Numbered from the stretch's first letter, positions 9,913 through 20,563 are shown. The stretch: DNA of 64,000 bases from a bacterium (GCA_963674695.2 CAXXGI010000003.1:960001-1024000), one strand, 5' to 3'. The notes: generated by a model not told the origin, from the sequence alone. Translations and numbers: made by a program.

Positions 9913-9943
9913 AAAAACCCCCAGGATTGCTCCCGGGGGTTTT
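9913..9943. terminator. Bidirectional rho-independent terminator
   Basis: AAAAACCCCCAGG-ATTGCT-CCCGGGGGTTTT between convergent genes. Confidence 0.75.
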
Positions 9944-9969
9944 ATTCGTACCGACGTCATCGAGCGATC

Positions 9970-10590
9970 TTATTTCTTGTAGGTCGCTGCGATGTCCTTG
10001 ATGATGATGCTGCGGAAATCACCCTGTACGTCGCCCGCGGTGTAAGGGCTGGTGCTGGTGATCTTGTGATATCCAGGTTTCAGCGATGCACACTGCTGAT
10101 CGGTCAGGCCCAGCTCGGTCTGGAGATCCTTATCCTTCTTGTCCTTGATCTTGTACTCGATGATGTAGTTGTCGCCCTCTTTGTAATAGACATATTCGAT
10201 GTTCAATTTCTTGAGGTGACCCTTCTTGACGTTCACTTTCACTTTGCCCGCTGCGCCTTCCGGCGTCTCGATCTCTTTCTTCTCCATCTTCACATTCTTG
10301 CCCTTCGCCTTCTCTTCCGTATAGGTCGTGTCGCCCTGCTCAACGGTCTTCGACTTGACCTTCGTGCCCGTCGTCTTGTCCTTCGCCTTCACCGTGGTCG
10401 TCGTCTTTTTGTCCGTGGTGACGGTCTTTTCTTTGCCCTTCGACTCCTCTGTATTCCACTTCGCCTTCTCAACGGTCTTGCCGGAAGCGGTCGTCTTCTC
10501 CTTCACTTCCACCTTCTCTTTCGCCATGGCTGTAAATGCAAATCCAGCCGCCACAGCAACTGCCAACACTGCTATCAGAATCTTTTTCAT
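9970..10590 (-). CDS. Secreted Lys/Thr-rich hypothetical protein
   Basis: Sec signal MKKILIAVLAVAVAAGFAFTAMA; AGGAGG RBS; K/T/E-rich low-complexity N-half. Confidence 0.8.
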   Translation of the reverse strand: MKKILIAVLAVAVAAGFAFTAMAKEKVEVKEKTTASGKTVEKAKWNTEESKGKEKTVTTDKKTTTTVKAKDKTTGTKVKSKTVEQGDTTYTEEKAKGKNVKMEKKEIETPEGAAGKVKVNVKKGHLKKLNIEYVYYKEGDNYIIEYKIKDKKDKDLQTELGLTDQQCASLKPGYHKITSTSPYTAGDVQGDFRSIIIKDIAATYKK

Positions 10591-10705
10591 ACCGTTACCC
10601 CTCCTATCGGTTGGTTAATCAATTGAAGCCGTTTGTAGCATACAAGACAGAAATGGCAAGCAAGCAGCCAAAAAACCATAAGAAATATATTATCCGACAA
10701 ATCAC

Positions 10706-10824
10706 TGTCATCCCGCCTGCGCGCCCGCCTCTGGAGGGCCCGCTGGTTTTGTGGCGGAACCGAGCAGAGCGAGTGGAGGGATCCCATGAGATCTCTCCAC
10801 TCGCTCCGCTCGGTCGAGATGACA
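10706..10824. repeat. REP-like palindromic element, third subtype, with nested module
   Basis: TGTCATCCCG...ACCGAGC-AGAGCGAGTGGAGGGATC...GATCTCTCCACTCGCTC-CGCTCGGT-CGAGATGACA. Confidence 0.75.
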
Positions 10825-10827
10825 GTA

Positions 10828-11388
10828 TCAATTAGCCCGTTCCAGGTATTCGCCCGTCTCGGTGTTGATGCGAATACGATCGCCGGCTGCCACAAAGGGC
10901 GGCACCATCACCACGAGCCCCGTCTCGACCGTACACTTCTTGTAGGAACCGGTCGCCGTCTGCTTTTTGAGCGAAGGTTCCGCCTCCACCACCTTGAGAT
11001 CGACGGTCTGGGGAAGATCGAGCCCGACAGGCTGGCCCTCATAGAAGGTCACCTTCACCTTGTCCTCGGGCAGAATAAATTTAATGGCATCGCCGAACAT
11101 CTCGTGATCCATTTCAATCTGCTCGAAGTTTTCCGTGTTCATCAGGTGATAGCGTTCGCCGTCGTCGTAGAGATACTGCATCTCATGCTCTTCGAGAAAG
11201 GCATTGTCGATCTTCTCATCCGAGTTCCAGCGACACGGAATGGAGTTTCCGGCCTTGAGGTTGCGCACCGTCGCCTGGACGTGCGCCTTTCCCTTGCCGG
11301 GCGTGACGTGATCCACCTTGAGGACGCGGCAGAGGCCGCCCTCATGGATGATCATCATTCCCGGACGCAATCTCGTTGCAACAATCAT
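10828..11388 (-). CDS. efp: Elongation factor P
   Basis: TPGKG loop, MQYLY, VETG..VMVPPF...GD.I.INT.TGEYLER; AGGAGG RBS. Confidence 0.95.
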   Translation of the reverse strand: MIVATRLRPGMMIIHEGGLCRVLKVDHVTPGKGKAHVQATVRNLKAGNSIPCRWNSDEKIDNAFLEEHEMQYLYDDGERYHLMNTENFEQIEMDHEMFGDAIKFILPEDKVKVTFYEGQPVGLDLPQTVDLKVVEAEPSLKKQTATGSYKKCTVETGLVVMVPPFVAAGDRIRINTETGEYLERAN

Positions 11389-11406
11389 GATTCCTCCTTG
11401 AAACTT

Positions 11407-11441
11407 GTGAACCGTGAACGGTAAACCGTAAACCGTGAAAC
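11407..11441. repeat. Heptamer tandem array (GTRAACS x5) between alaS and efp
   Basis: GTGAACC GTGAACG GTAAACC GTAAACC GTGAAAC. Confidence 0.75.
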
Positions 11442-11466
11442 AGAAACACAAGCACAACAGCGCCGC

Positions 11467-14064
11467 TCATGTTTTGATCGCCGTCTCCACACTCTTGAGG
11501 GCTGCATCGATTTTATCTGGATCCGTTCCGCCGCCCTGGGCGAAGTCGGGGCGTCCGCCCCCCTTGCCGCCGACGATGGTCGATGCCTCCCGCACGATGG
11601 TCCCGGCATTTATCTTTGGCGTCAGTGCCTTTGAAACGGCGGCGATGAGAACGACCTTCTCGTCGATGACAGATGCCAGCAGGACGACCGCGTTTCCCAG
11701 CTTGTCGCGATATTTTTCCGCCCACTCGCCCAGCGTCTTTCGATCGGGGGCATCGATGCGCGCGGTCAAGACCTTCACCCCTCCCATGTCGCGAGCTTGC
11801 GACAACAGGTCTTCCGCATCGGCCGCACCTGCACGTGCCTTCTTGAGATCGCGTTCGAGTTGCGCCATCTGATCCTGCAGGCGACGCACGCGATCGGCGA
11901 TCTCATGCGGTGAGGTCTTGAGCCGTTTTGCCACCTCCGCGCGCTCGTTCTCCAGGCCGTCGATATATTTCTCCGCACCCCGCGCGGTGACCGCCTCGAT
12001 GCGCCGCACACCAGCCGCGACTGACGACTCCCCCACGATGCGCATCATGCCGATCTCGCCCGTGGCGGAGACGTGGGTCCCACCGCAGAGTTCGCGTGAA
12101 AAACCCGCGATGTCGAGCATGCGCACCCGCTCGCCATATTTCTCACCGAAAAACGCCAACGCCCCGCGCTCCACCGCCTCGTCGTAGGTGAGCTCGTAGG
12201 TGAGCACCGGATAGTTCTGCCGGATGGCGTAGTTGACCTTCGCTTCCACCTCGCGAATCTCCTCGGGCGTCATGGCCTGGAAGTGGGAAAAATCGAAACG
12301 GAAGCGCTCGGGCGACACGAAGGATCCGGCCTGCTTCACGTGTTCCCCCAGCGCTTCGCGCAACGCATGGTGCAACAGATGCGTCGACGTATGGTTGCAG
12401 CAAATCCGACCCCGCCGCTCAGCATCGATGGCGAGCGTCGCCTTCATCCCTTCGGCGATGCGCCCGCGTTTTACGCGCGCTTCATGGACGATGAGTTCAG
12501 GCATGGGGCGTTTGGTGTCCACGACCTCAACCTCGACACCGTCGCCAACGATCACGCCCGTATCGCCGATCTGCCCGCCCGATTCCCCATAAAAGGGCGT
12601 GCGCTCGGCGATAAGTTGAATCGTCTCACCGGCACCCGCCTCGGCCACACGTTTGCCATCGCGAACGAGGACCAGCACCTCGCTCTCGGCGTCGTTGCGA
12701 GCATATCCCACGAATTCGCTGGTCACCCCTTCGGCGATCAGATCGCGATAGATCCCACCGACCGCCTCCTCGCCCGAACCCTTCCAACTCGCGCGCGCAC
12801 GTTCGCGCTGCGATTCCATCTGCTGGACAAACCCCGCCTCGTCGACGGCAAATCCGCTCTCGGCGGCGATGAGCTGGGTGACGTCCAGAGGAAACCCGAA
12901 GGTGTCATAGAGGCGAAAGGCGACCTCGCCCGAAATGAGCTTCCCCTTCGCCCGCGCCATCTCCTCCTGCAGGAGTTTCAGCCCTCGATCGAGCGTGACG
13001 TGAAAGCGCTCTTCCTCGGCAGAGATGACCTTCGTGATGAAGTGTTCGTGCGTGGCCAACATCGGGTAGGCGCGCGCCATCGATTCGATGACCACGCCGG
13101 CCAATCCCGAGAGAAAGGGCGCATCCTGCCCCAGGCGTTTCCCATAGCGAATCGCGCGGCGCATGATGCGGCGAAGCACATAGCCGCGCCCTTCGTTCGA
13201 GGGAATAACCCCATCGCCGATGAGAAAGACCATGCCGCGCAGGTGATCGGCGATGACGCGCAGAGCGACATCGACCTCGTCGGATGAACCGGGCGTCTGC
13301 CCCGTCTTCTCAGCGATGGCCGCAATCAGCGGGACGAAGAGATCCGTCTCCCAGTTCGAGCGAACCCCCTGCATGACCGCCGTGAGGCGCTCGAGTCCCA
13401 TGCCCGTATCGATGGAGGGCTTTTCCAGCGGCGTCATCGTGCCATCGGAGACACGATTGAACTGCATGAAGACCAGGTTCCAGATCTCCATGAAGCGATT
13501 GGTATCGAGCAGCTCCTTCGTGACCGGACCCGATTCAAAATCCCAGAGGATCTCAGAGCAGGGGCCGCACGGACCGATCTCGCCCATCGACCAGAAGTTA
13601 TCCTTCTCGTCCAAACGAAAGATCCGCTCCTTCGGCACATGCGCGCACCAGAGTTTCTCCGCCTCATCGTCCTCGCGAAAGACCGTGACGATCATCCGGT
13701 TTGGATCGAGCCCCATGGTCTTCGTGAGAAACTCCCAGGCATAGGCGATGGCTTCCTTCTTGAAATAATCGCCGAAGCTGAAGTTGCCCAACATCTCAAA
13801 GAAGGTGTGATGCCGCGGAGTATGACCGACGTTCTCCAGGTCGTTGTGCTTGCCGGAGACGCGCATGCATTTCTGCGAAGAGGTCGCACGCGGCGCGGGC
13901 CGACCCTCCTCGCCGGTGAAGATGTCCTTGAAGGGAACCATCCCCGCGTTGACAAAGAAGAGCGTCGGGTCATTTTGTGGAACGAGCGCGGCGCTCTTGA
14001 CCCGTTTGTGGTCCTTTTTTTCGAAGAAGGCGAGGAAGGCCTCGCGAATATCGGCGGCGTTCAT
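11467..14064 (-). CDS. alaS: Alanine--tRNA ligase
   Basis: NAGMVPFK, HHTFFEMLGNFSFGDYFK, IDTGMGLER, ELCGGTH, GKGGGRPDFAQGGG. Confidence 0.97.
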   Translation of the reverse strand: MNAADIREAFLAFFEKKDHKRVKSAALVPQNDPTLFFVNAGMVPFKDIFTGEEGRPAPRATSSQKCMRVSGKHNDLENVGHTPRHHTFFEMLGNFSFGDYFKKEAIAYAWEFLTKTMGLDPNRMIVTVFREDDEAEKLWCAHVPKERIFRLDEKDNFWSMGEIGPCGPCSEILWDFESGPVTKELLDTNRFMEIWNLVFMQFNRVSDGTMTPLEKPSIDTGMGLERLTAVMQGVRSNWETDLFVPLIAAIAEKTGQTPGSSDEVDVALRVIADHLRGMVFLIGDGVIPSNEGRGYVLRRIMRRAIRYGKRLGQDAPFLSGLAGVVIESMARAYPMLATHEHFITKVISAEEERFHVTLDRGLKLLQEEMARAKGKLISGEVAFRLYDTFGFPLDVTQLIAAESGFAVDEAGFVQQMESQRERARASWKGSGEEAVGGIYRDLIAEGVTSEFVGYARNDAESEVLVLVRDGKRVAEAGAGETIQLIAERTPFYGESGGQIGDTGVIVGDGVEVEVVDTKRPMPELIVHEARVKRGRIAEGMKATLAIDAERRGRICCNHTSTHLLHHALREALGEHVKQAGSFVSPERFRFDFSHFQAMTPEEIREVEAKVNYAIRQNYPVLTYELTYDEAVERGALAFFGEKYGERVRMLDIAGFSRELCGGTHVSATGEIGMMRIVGESSVAAGVRRIEAVTARGAEKYIDGLENERAEVAKRLKTSPHEIADRVRRLQDQMAQLERDLKKARAGAADAEDLLSQARDMGGVKVLTARIDAPDRKTLGEWAEKYRDKLGNAVVLLASVIDEKVVLIAAVSKALTPKINAGTIVREASTIVGGKGGGRPDFAQGGGTDPDKIDAALKSVETAIKT

Positions 14065-14140
14065 GCGGCCATCTCCTTCCAACCGGCGGAAATCGTTCGA
14101 CAAAGGTTGGCGCTCCCTATCACCTCACCACAGAAATGAC

Positions 14141-14176
14141 AAGGCCCGCCGACACCTGCGCCGACGGGCCTTTTTT
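14141..14176. terminator. Hairpin/terminator between recA and alaS
   Basis: AAGGCCCG...CGGGCCTTTTTT; the longer U-tract is on + although both genes are on -. Confidence 0.55.
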
Positions 14177-14194
14177 GCATCCGTCTATCCGTAC

Positions 14195-15292
14195 CTATTT
14201 TGCTGTCGTGGCCTTCTCGTCCTTCTTCGCCTTCTCGCTCGGCGCACTCTCGGTTGTCTTCGCCTTCTCGCTGCCGATGCCATGCTTTTCGAGAATGACC
14301 TTCTCGAGGCGATCGAGGATCTTCGGATTCTCCTTCAGAAAGAGGCGCGCGTTCTCCCGCCCCTGGCCGATGCGATCATCGCCATAGCTATACCAGGCGC
14401 CGCTCTTCTCGATGAGCCCCTGATCGGTGGCCAGATCGAGCACGTCCCCCTCGCGCGAGACGCCCTCGCCATAGAGGATGTCGAACTCGGCCTTCTTGAA
14501 GGGCGGGGCCACCTTGTTCTTCACCACCTTCACGCGCGTGCGCGAACCGATGATATCCTCGGCCTTCTTGATCGGCGAGATGCGACGGATGTCGAGGCGA
14601 ATGGTGGAATAGAACTTGAGCGCATTACCACCGGTGGTCGTCTCGGGGTTGCCGAACATGACGCCCAGCTTCATGCGAATCTGGTTGATGAAGATGACCA
14701 TCGTCTGCGACTTCGCTATGGTGGCGGTGAGTTTGCGCAGTGCCTGACTCATGAGGCGCGCCTGCGACCCCATCTGGGCGTCGCCCATATCGCCCTCGAG
14801 CTCGTGCCGAGTGACGAGCGCGGCGACCGAATCGACCACCAGCACGCCGATGGCACCGGAACGCACGAGCGTCTCAGTGATCTCGAGTGCCTGTTCGCCG
14901 GAATCAGGCTGACTGATGAGCAAATCCTCGGTCTTCACGCCGAGTTTCCGGGCATAGTCGACATCGAGGGCATGTTCAGCATCGACATAGGCGGCGATGC
15001 ATCCCTTCTTCTGGGCCTGCGCCACGACCTGCAACGCCAAGGTCGTCTTGCCCGAAGACTCCGGCCCATAGATCTCGATCACGCGACCGCGAGGGAGGCC
15101 CCCGATGCCGAGCGCGATGTCGAGCGAGATCGAGCCCGTGGAGATAGCGTCCAGACCCGTGACGAGCGGCTCGTCCCGGCCCAGGCGCATGATCGAGCCC
15201 TTTCCGAACTGCTTTTCGATCGCGGAAACGGCCATACCGATCGCCTTCTCCCGGTTGTCGGTCGGTGGTGTGGTTGGGGCATTTGTGACCAT
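14195..15292 (-). CDS. recA: Recombinase RecA
   Basis: GPESSGKTT Walker [31 protein letters not shown]. Confidence 0.98.
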   Translation of the reverse strand: MVTNAPTTPPTDNREKAIGMAVSAIEKQFGKGSIMRLGRDEPLVTGLDAISTGSISLDIALGIGGLPRGRVIEIYGPESSGKTTLALQVVAQAQKKGCIAAYVDAEHALDVDYARKLGVKTEDLLISQPDSGEQALEITETLVRSGAIGVLVVDSVAALVTRHELEGDMGDAQMGSQARLMSQALRKLTATIAKSQTMVIFINQIRMKLGVMFGNPETTTGGNALKFYSTIRLDIRRISPIKKAEDIIGSRTRVKVVKNKVAPPFKKAEFDILYGEGVSREGDVLDLATDQGLIEKSGAWYSYGDDRIGQGRENARLFLKENPKILDRLEKVILEKHGIGSEKAKTTESAPSEKAKKDEKATTAK

Positions 15293-15316
15293 AGCGAACT
15301 CCTTGTAAGGTGATGG

Positions 15317-15901
15317 TTACGTATTCATGTCGCCGCCCAGGGAAAAAACCTTGAGCGGCGTGTAGATCGGGCCCTCTTTTGTGAGGTCGCTCTTGTAGAG
15401 CGTGAGCTTCGACACGGTCAGCTTTCCAAACTCGCGTTCGCTCATCTTTTCGACCAACGGCATGAGCTGCCCGGAATCTTTGACGCGTGACTTCGCACGA
15501 CCGAGCGTGAGGTGCAGGCGCAGTTCACGCGGATCCTTCTTGAATCCAAACTCGGAAAACGCCTCCTCGAGCCGACGATGCAGACTGATAACCGCCTCGA
15601 CATCGCCGCCGAGCCCCGCCCAGAGCACGCGCGGATACCGCCAGTTCGGAAAGACGCCGAAACCGCGCCCCACGAGTCCGATCGGCGACTGATGCCGCAC
15701 CTCCTGTTCGATCACCTGCGCGAGCTTCCCCATGAGCAGCTCTTCTTCGACCTCGCCGAAGAAACGGATCGTGCAGTGCATGCCCTTGGGCTCGACCCAG
15801 CGAATCCCCTTGGATTTCGACTCCAAGAGGTTAATCACCGCCGCCAGCTCGGCACGCATCTCATCGGTGATATCGAACGCCAAAAAGGAACGCATCTTCA
15901 T
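15317..15901 (-). CDS. thpR: RNA 2',3'-cyclic phosphodiesterase (2H family)
   Basis: Two HxT motifs (HCT, HLTLGR), PRVLWAG, LYKS.L...GPIY; located between cinA and recA. Confidence 0.88.
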   Translation of the reverse strand: MKMRSFLAFDITDEMRAELAAVINLLESKSKGIRWVEPKGMHCTIRFFGEVEEELLMGKLAQVIEQEVRHQSPIGLVGRGFGVFPNWRYPRVLWAGLGGDVEAVISLHRRLEEAFSEFGFKKDPRELRLHLTLGRAKSRVKDSGQLMPLVEKMSEREFGKLTVSKLTLYKSDLTKEGPIYTPLKVFSLGGDMNT

Positions 15902-15930
15902 GAAGACCTCATAAAGAACCATGTTACGTG

Positions 15931-17163
15931 TCACGCGTTACGTGTCACGGCCTTCCGCACCATATCCAGCGCCCGCCAGGCGATAAACCGCTTGAAAGCG
16001 ACGCGATCGCTCGGATAGTGAAACGCCTGTGTCTGCACCCCATCGGATGCGGCCAGACCGATGTGTACCGTGCCCACCGGCTTTTCCTCGCTGCCGCCGC
16101 TCGGCCCTGCGATTCCGGTGACCGCAAGCGTCACGTCGGCCCCGCTCATCTCGCGCAAACCACCCGCCATCTCGGCGACGACTTGCGCTGAAACTGCCCC
16201 ATGCGCGGCGAGCGTCTCCTCACCCACGCCGAGGAGCTCCTGCTTCGCACGATTGCTATAGGTGACAAGCCCCCGTTCGAACCAGGCGCTCGCGCCCGGC
16301 ACATCGGTGATGAGATCAGCGATGAGCCCGCCGGTGCAGCTCTCGGCCACGGCCAGCGTCATCCCCTGCTCCTGCAAGAGGCGTCCCACAACCGCGGGCA
16401 GCTCCTCGTCGCCCTCGGCATAGACGATATCCCCCAGGCGCTCCGCGATGGCCGCCGCACCGCGCGCAACTGCCGCCTCGGCATCCGAGGCCAAGGGCGC
16501 ACGCGCCACGAGCTTGAGCAGAACTTCCGGAAAGTGCACGCGAAAGGAGAGCCGTGCGGTGCCGAAATCGATCCCCTCGATCTTGTTCGCGATGGTCGCC
16601 TCGGGACATCCAAAACAGCGCAGGACGCGCTCGCGGTGGCTGCCACCCGCATGTTTTTCAAACCAGGGCGCCACGGAGGTATCGAAGATGGGATAGAGCT
16701 CTTTGGGCACACCGGGCAAAAAGAAGAACTCGGTTTTGTCGAAACAGATGCGAATGCCCGGCGCCGTCCCGACCGGATTGGGCAACACATGCCCCCCCTC
16801 AGGAATGAGCGCCTGTTTCTCGTTGCTGGAGGCCATCTTGCGCCCGCGGGCCTCGATAAAGCTGCGGATTCCCTTCAGGACGTTTTCGTTCATCACCAGC
16901 GGAACACCAAAGGCCCCCGCCGCCGCTTCAACCGTGAGGTCATCAGCGGTCGGCCCCAAGCCCCCCGTCACCACGACCGCATCGGCGCGACCTACCGCCG
17001 CCCGGCAGACATCGGCGATGGCAACGGGATCGTCGGCGACCGATTCATGGCGCACCACCTCATGCCCCATCGCGGCCAGACGCGCGGCGATCCAGGCGGT
17101 GTTCGTATCGACGATCACGCCCGCCATGACCTCGTCGCCGGTTGTAACGACTTCAACTCTCAT
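15931..17163 (-). CDS. cinA: Competence/damage-inducible protein CinA (MocF-like plus PncC domains)
   Basis: GDE..G..VDTN, TGGLGPT.DD, PGVP.E, AESCTGG, TGIAGP.GG..KPVG. Confidence 0.95.
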   Translation of the reverse strand: MRVEVVTTGDEVMAGVIVDTNTAWIAARLAAMGHEVVRHESVADDPVAIADVCRAAVGRADAVVVTGGLGPTADDLTVEAAAGAFGVPLVMNENVLKGIRSFIEARGRKMASSNEKQALIPEGGHVLPNPVGTAPGIRICFDKTEFFFLPGVPKELYPIFDTSVAPWFEKHAGGSHRERVLRCFGCPEATIANKIEGIDFGTARLSFRVHFPEVLLKLVARAPLASDAEAAVARGAAAIAERLGDIVYAEGDEELPAVVGRLLQEQGMTLAVAESCTGGLIADLITDVPGASAWFERGLVTYSNRAKQELLGVGEETLAAHGAVSAQVVAEMAGGLREMSGADVTLAVTGIAGPSGGSEEKPVGTVHIGLAASDGVQTQAFHYPSDRVAFKRFIAWRALDMVRKAVTRNA

Positions 17164-17216
17164 ATTTCGTGACTCGTGACTCGTGAACAAACAGTAGGTG
17201 AACTTCCGTTCACTTG

Positions 17217-17693
17217 TCAAAACCCAAGATTGATCCCCATCGAAGGGACGATGAGCAGGAGCAACCAGAGGGCCGCATTGGCATAGATACCGGCAAAGAC
17301 GTCATCGAGGACCACGCCGCGACCGTCGTGAAAGCGGCGCTCGAACCAGCAGACCGGCCAGGGCTTGGTGATGTCGAAGAGCCGAAAGAGGATGAAACCG
17401 ATGACCGCCACCTGCCAGACCGGCGGGTGAAAGGCCATCGTCACCAGGATTCCCGCGATCTCGTCGATGACGACCTTCTGCGGATCGGTTTCTTCGAAGA
17501 TGGCTTGAGCCTGCGTCGAGACCCAGATGGCGAAGACGATGAAGGCGACGACCATGGCGATGTAGGCCGGCGTGGGCAGATAGCGCACGAGCCAATAGAG
17601 TCCGACGCCGACGACGCTGCCCCACGTGCCGGGTGCCAGCGGCAGAAAACCGGAATAGGCCCCGGTCGCAAAGAACGTGATGATGTGACGCAC
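17217..17693 (-). CDS. pgpA: Phosphatidylglycerophosphatase A
   Basis: APGTWGS, DP..VVIDEIAG, FRLFDI.KPWP, GVVLDD..AG; GTG 17693 after GGGGA (ATG 17729 is an alternative start). Confidence 0.92.
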   Translation of the reverse strand: MRHIITFFATGAYSGFLPLAPGTWGSVVGVGLYWLVRYLPTPAYIAMVVAFIVFAIWVSTQAQAIFEETDPQKVVIDEIAGILVTMAFHPPVWQVAVIGFILFRLFDITKPWPVCWFERRFHDGRGVVLDDVFAGIYANAALWLLLLIVPSMGINLGF

Positions 17694-17975
17694 GAGATCC
17701 CCCTTGAAAAAGTCGCGCGACCCTACCATCGCGACGGATAAATGACAATGCAGGAGGCGTGCCAGGAAAAATCCGTTGAAAAATCAAGGAGGCGTTCCCC
17801 CGAGCTGCTGCAAATAGCGGCAGCGGGGGCAGCAATGGGGCACCGCCAAAAACGGGTCACAACACGACCCGTACGAACGGCCTTCGTGGTGATCGCCTGT
17901 GACCGGTTTTGGGCACGTACACCTTGCCGATGCTTCCCATTGATAAGTGAACGGACACCTGATACGGGTTTTTGC

Positions 17976-19334
17976 ATGGCCAAATTGCGGACGATCTTTT
18001 CCTGCCAACACTGTGGCGCACAGGCGCCCAAGTGGCTGGGGCGCTGCCCGGACTGCGGGAAGTGGAACACCTATGTCGAAGAGACATCAGCACCGACGCA
18101 GACTCGTGCCAGCATCGGCGGCACCGACGCCGAGCCCTCTCGCCTGATGGCGCTTTCCGACATCACCGGGGATATGGGCAAGCACGTCCCCACCGGCATC
18201 GCGGAACTCGATCGCACCTTGGGCTCCGGCTACGTCCCGGGCGGGGTGACGCTCATCGGCGGCGACCCGGGCATCGGCAAATCCACCATCGTCATGCAGG
18301 CGTTGGCCAAACTCGCTGCGCGCGACGTGCCGGTACTCTATGTCTCGGGCGAGGAGAGCGCCGGGCAGATCAAGCTGCGCGCCGACCGGATGGGTATCGG
18401 CGATTCCGCCTTCACGGTGCTGACGGAGACGCAGATCGAGCGCGTCGTCGATGCCATGCGCACGCACAAACCCGCCGTCGTCGTGATCGATTCGATTCAG
18501 ACGATGTTCACGGGTGAACTCACGCAAGCGCCGGGGACGATCAGCCAGGTGCGCGAAACGGCCGGGCGGATTCTCGCACAGGCCAAGCGCTCGGGAACGG
18601 CCGCTTTTCTCGTGGGGCATGTCACCAAAGACGGCGCCATCGCCGGCCCCAAGGTCCTCGAACACATGGTCGACACCGTCCTCTATTTCGAGGGCGAGCG
18701 CGGACACGCCTTTCGCATCCTGCGCACGATCAAGAACCGCTTCGGCTCCACCAACGAGATCGGCGTCTTCGAGATGACGGGCACAGGGCTCAAAGAGGTG
18801 CCGGATCCTTCGGGAATTTTTTTAGCGGAGAAACCGAAACAGGCGGCCGGGTCGGTCGTGGTGGCATCATTGGAAGGCTCGCGGCCGATGCTGCTCGAGG
18901 TGCAGGCGCTGGTCTCCACAGCAGGCTTCGGCACCGCGCGGCGCACGGCGATCGGCATCGATGGCAACCGGCTGGCACTGCTCACCGCGGTGCTCGAAAA
19001 GATCGAGGGGCTGCAGCTCAAGGATCAGGACATCTATCTGAACGTCGCCGGTGGCATGCGCATCACGGAGCCCTCGGCGGATCTCGGGGTGGTGGCCGCC
19101 ATCGATTCCAGCTTCAAAAACCGCGTTATCGACCCGGATACGATCCTCATCGGCGAGGTGGGTCTGGCCGGTGAAATCCGTGCCGTGGTCGGCACCGAGA
19201 CGCGCCTGAAGGAAGCGGCCAAGATGGGCTTCCGGCGCGCGATCCTCCCCAAATCGGGCCTCAAGACCAAGCCGAACGTCAAGATGGAGCTCTTCGGCGT
19301 TGCCAGCGTCGAAGAAGCGCTGCGCATGCTCTGA
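17976..19334 (+). CDS. radA: DNA repair protein RadA/Sms
   Basis: CxxC..KW.GRCPDC zinc finger, GGDPGIGKST, KNRFG, GEVGLAGEIR. Confidence 0.97.
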   Translation: MAKLRTIFSCQHCGAQAPKWLGRCPDCGKWNTYVEETSAPTQTRASIGGTDAEPSRLMALSDITGDMGKHVPTGIAELDRTLGSGYVPGGVTLIGGDPGIGKSTIVMQALAKLAARDVPVLYVSGEESAGQIKLRADRMGIGDSAFTVLTETQIERVVDAMRTHKPAVVVIDSIQTMFTGELTQAPGTISQVRETAGRILAQAKRSGTAAFLVGHVTKDGAIAGPKVLEHMVDTVLYFEGERGHAFRILRTIKNRFGSTNEIGVFEMTGTGLKEVPDPSGIFLAEKPKQAAGSVVVASLEGSRPMLLEVQALVSTAGFGTARRTAIGIDGNRLALLTAVLEKIEGLQLKDQDIYLNVAGGMRITEPSADLGVVAAIDSSFKNRVIDPDTILIGEVGLAGEIRAVVGTETRLKEAAKMGFRRAILPKSGLKTKPNVKMELFGVASVEEALRML

Positions 19335-19476
19335 CCCCACCCCTCATGGGGGATGAAGACCCCAAAGATGAGTGATATTGGGGCCTTTGGCCGTGTCCTC
19401 CCCCGAACGACCCCCCAGCGAAGAATATATTGATCAATAATATCGAATAGTTAGCAACTCGCCCCCTTTTCCCCTT

Positions 19477-19492
19477 TGGCAGCGATCTTGCA
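19477..19492 (+). promoter_or_regulatory. Putative sigma-54 (-24/-12) promoter
   Basis: TGGCAGCGATCTTGCA: GG-N10-GC spacing with TTGCA; AT-rich tract upstream. Confidence 0.65.
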
Positions 19493-19545
19493 TTATCTCT
19501 CTGCGTAGGGGGGCTGGACTCACCGGACGACAGCGGGGAATTTCT

Positions 19546-20073
19546 ATGAGCAATATCGATAAACGCAGTGCAAACTCGACGGCCCAACGCCTTGGCATCG
19601 GCGGGCAAAAGGCCCTTGGCGTGGGGCAGAACTACGGCGATCGTCGAAAACTGGCCCCGATGGGCTCTCCCACCCTCCCGGCCGGGGCCGAGCGCGTCAA
19701 ACAGCGCCCTGCCGTCGAACCGCAAAAACGTATCGATCAGTTCGCCCGCAAGAAACGCAATGTCGACGCCTTTGCCCCCAAGGCCACCTATAAGGCCGGT
19801 CGACGTCTGCGCACCGAAAGCGGCAAGGCCCCGATGCTGGAGCGCCATGAAGAGGGAACGACCCGTATCGCCCAAAACGCGATCACCGACGCCAGCCGCT
19901 TGAAATTCCTCGATTATATTATCGACCACAACATGAGCTCGAAGAACATCCGGCGGGCAGCGGCCGCTCAGAAGGCGGATGCGCCCAGACCGGCCCGCAC
20001 CACCGCGACCAGGACAACGCGATCATCGGGCGTGTCCGGCCTGAATCCACGCCAAACAAAGAAGACCAGCTAG
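19546..20073 (+). CDS. Basic hypothetical protein
   Basis: 175-aa Arg/Lys-rich ORF with GGGGA RBS, downstream of a sigma-54-like site; no recognisable family. Confidence 0.65.
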   Translation: MSNIDKRSANSTAQRLGIGGQKALGVGQNYGDRRKLAPMGSPTLPAGAERVKQRPAVEPQKRIDQFARKKRNVDAFAPKATYKAGRRLRTESGKAPMLERHEEGTTRIAQNAITDASRLKFLDYIIDHNMSSKNIRRAAAAQKADAPRPARTTATRTTRSSGVSGLNPRQTKKTS

Positions 20074-20229
20074 GACGTTTCGCCTCTTTCACCTGGCCAT
20101 ACCCGGAAAACCATCTCACAGCGCCTTCAGGCGCGTTTGCGAACCGCCATGCCCCATTCCCATTTTTCCTTGCCAAACCGCTCTTTTGCATGGTAGAGCA
20201 GCGCGCCTTTTCAGCAAGGAGTGCGACTT

Positions 20230-20508
20230 ATGAAGGAAAAGATCCATCCCAAGAGCGAAGACATCAAGATCACCTGCACCTGCGGGGCAGTGATCGAAAC
20301 GACCTCAACGCTGTGCAAGGACTTCACCATCGAGCTCTGCTCGAAGTGTCACCCCTTCTTCACGGGGAAACAGCGCATCGTTGACTCAACCGGCCGCGTC
20401 GAACGCTTCCAGAAGCGCTATGCAAAGTTCAATGAGACCGCGAAGCCCGCTCCGTCGAAGGAAGAGACGAAGCCCGCCGCTGAGGCGAAAGCAACCGAAG
20501 AACAGTAG
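20230..20508 (+). CDS. rpmE: 50S ribosomal protein L31 (Cys-containing type)
   Basis: [37 protein letters not shown]. Confidence 0.97.
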   Translation: MKEKIHPKSEDIKITCTCGAVIETTSTLCKDFTIELCSKCHPFFTGKQRIVDSTGRVERFQKRYAKFNETAKPAPSKEETKPAAEAKATEEQ

Positions 20509-20527
20509 CGCCCGTTCGTTTCAATCC

Positions 20528-20563
20528 CAATGCCCATGAGCCGAATTCGGCTTATGGGCATTG
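20528..20563. terminator. Hairpin after rpmE
   Basis: CAATGCCCATGAGCCG-AATT-CGGCTTATGGGCATTG. Confidence 0.5.

Noticed and set aside
14065-14194. Missing recX between recA and alaS
   Set aside because: recX absence or relocation is common and uninformative on its own.
17742-17975. N-terminal extensions in the ORF track for radA (also efp, alaS, PGM, ApbE-2, 50785 gene)
   Set aside because: Longest-ORF artefacts; downstream starts match family N-termini or have RBSs.
19335-19420. C/G-run hairpin region after radA as an ncRNA
   Set aside because: Single copy, no recognisable family; could be a terminator or decayed repeat.
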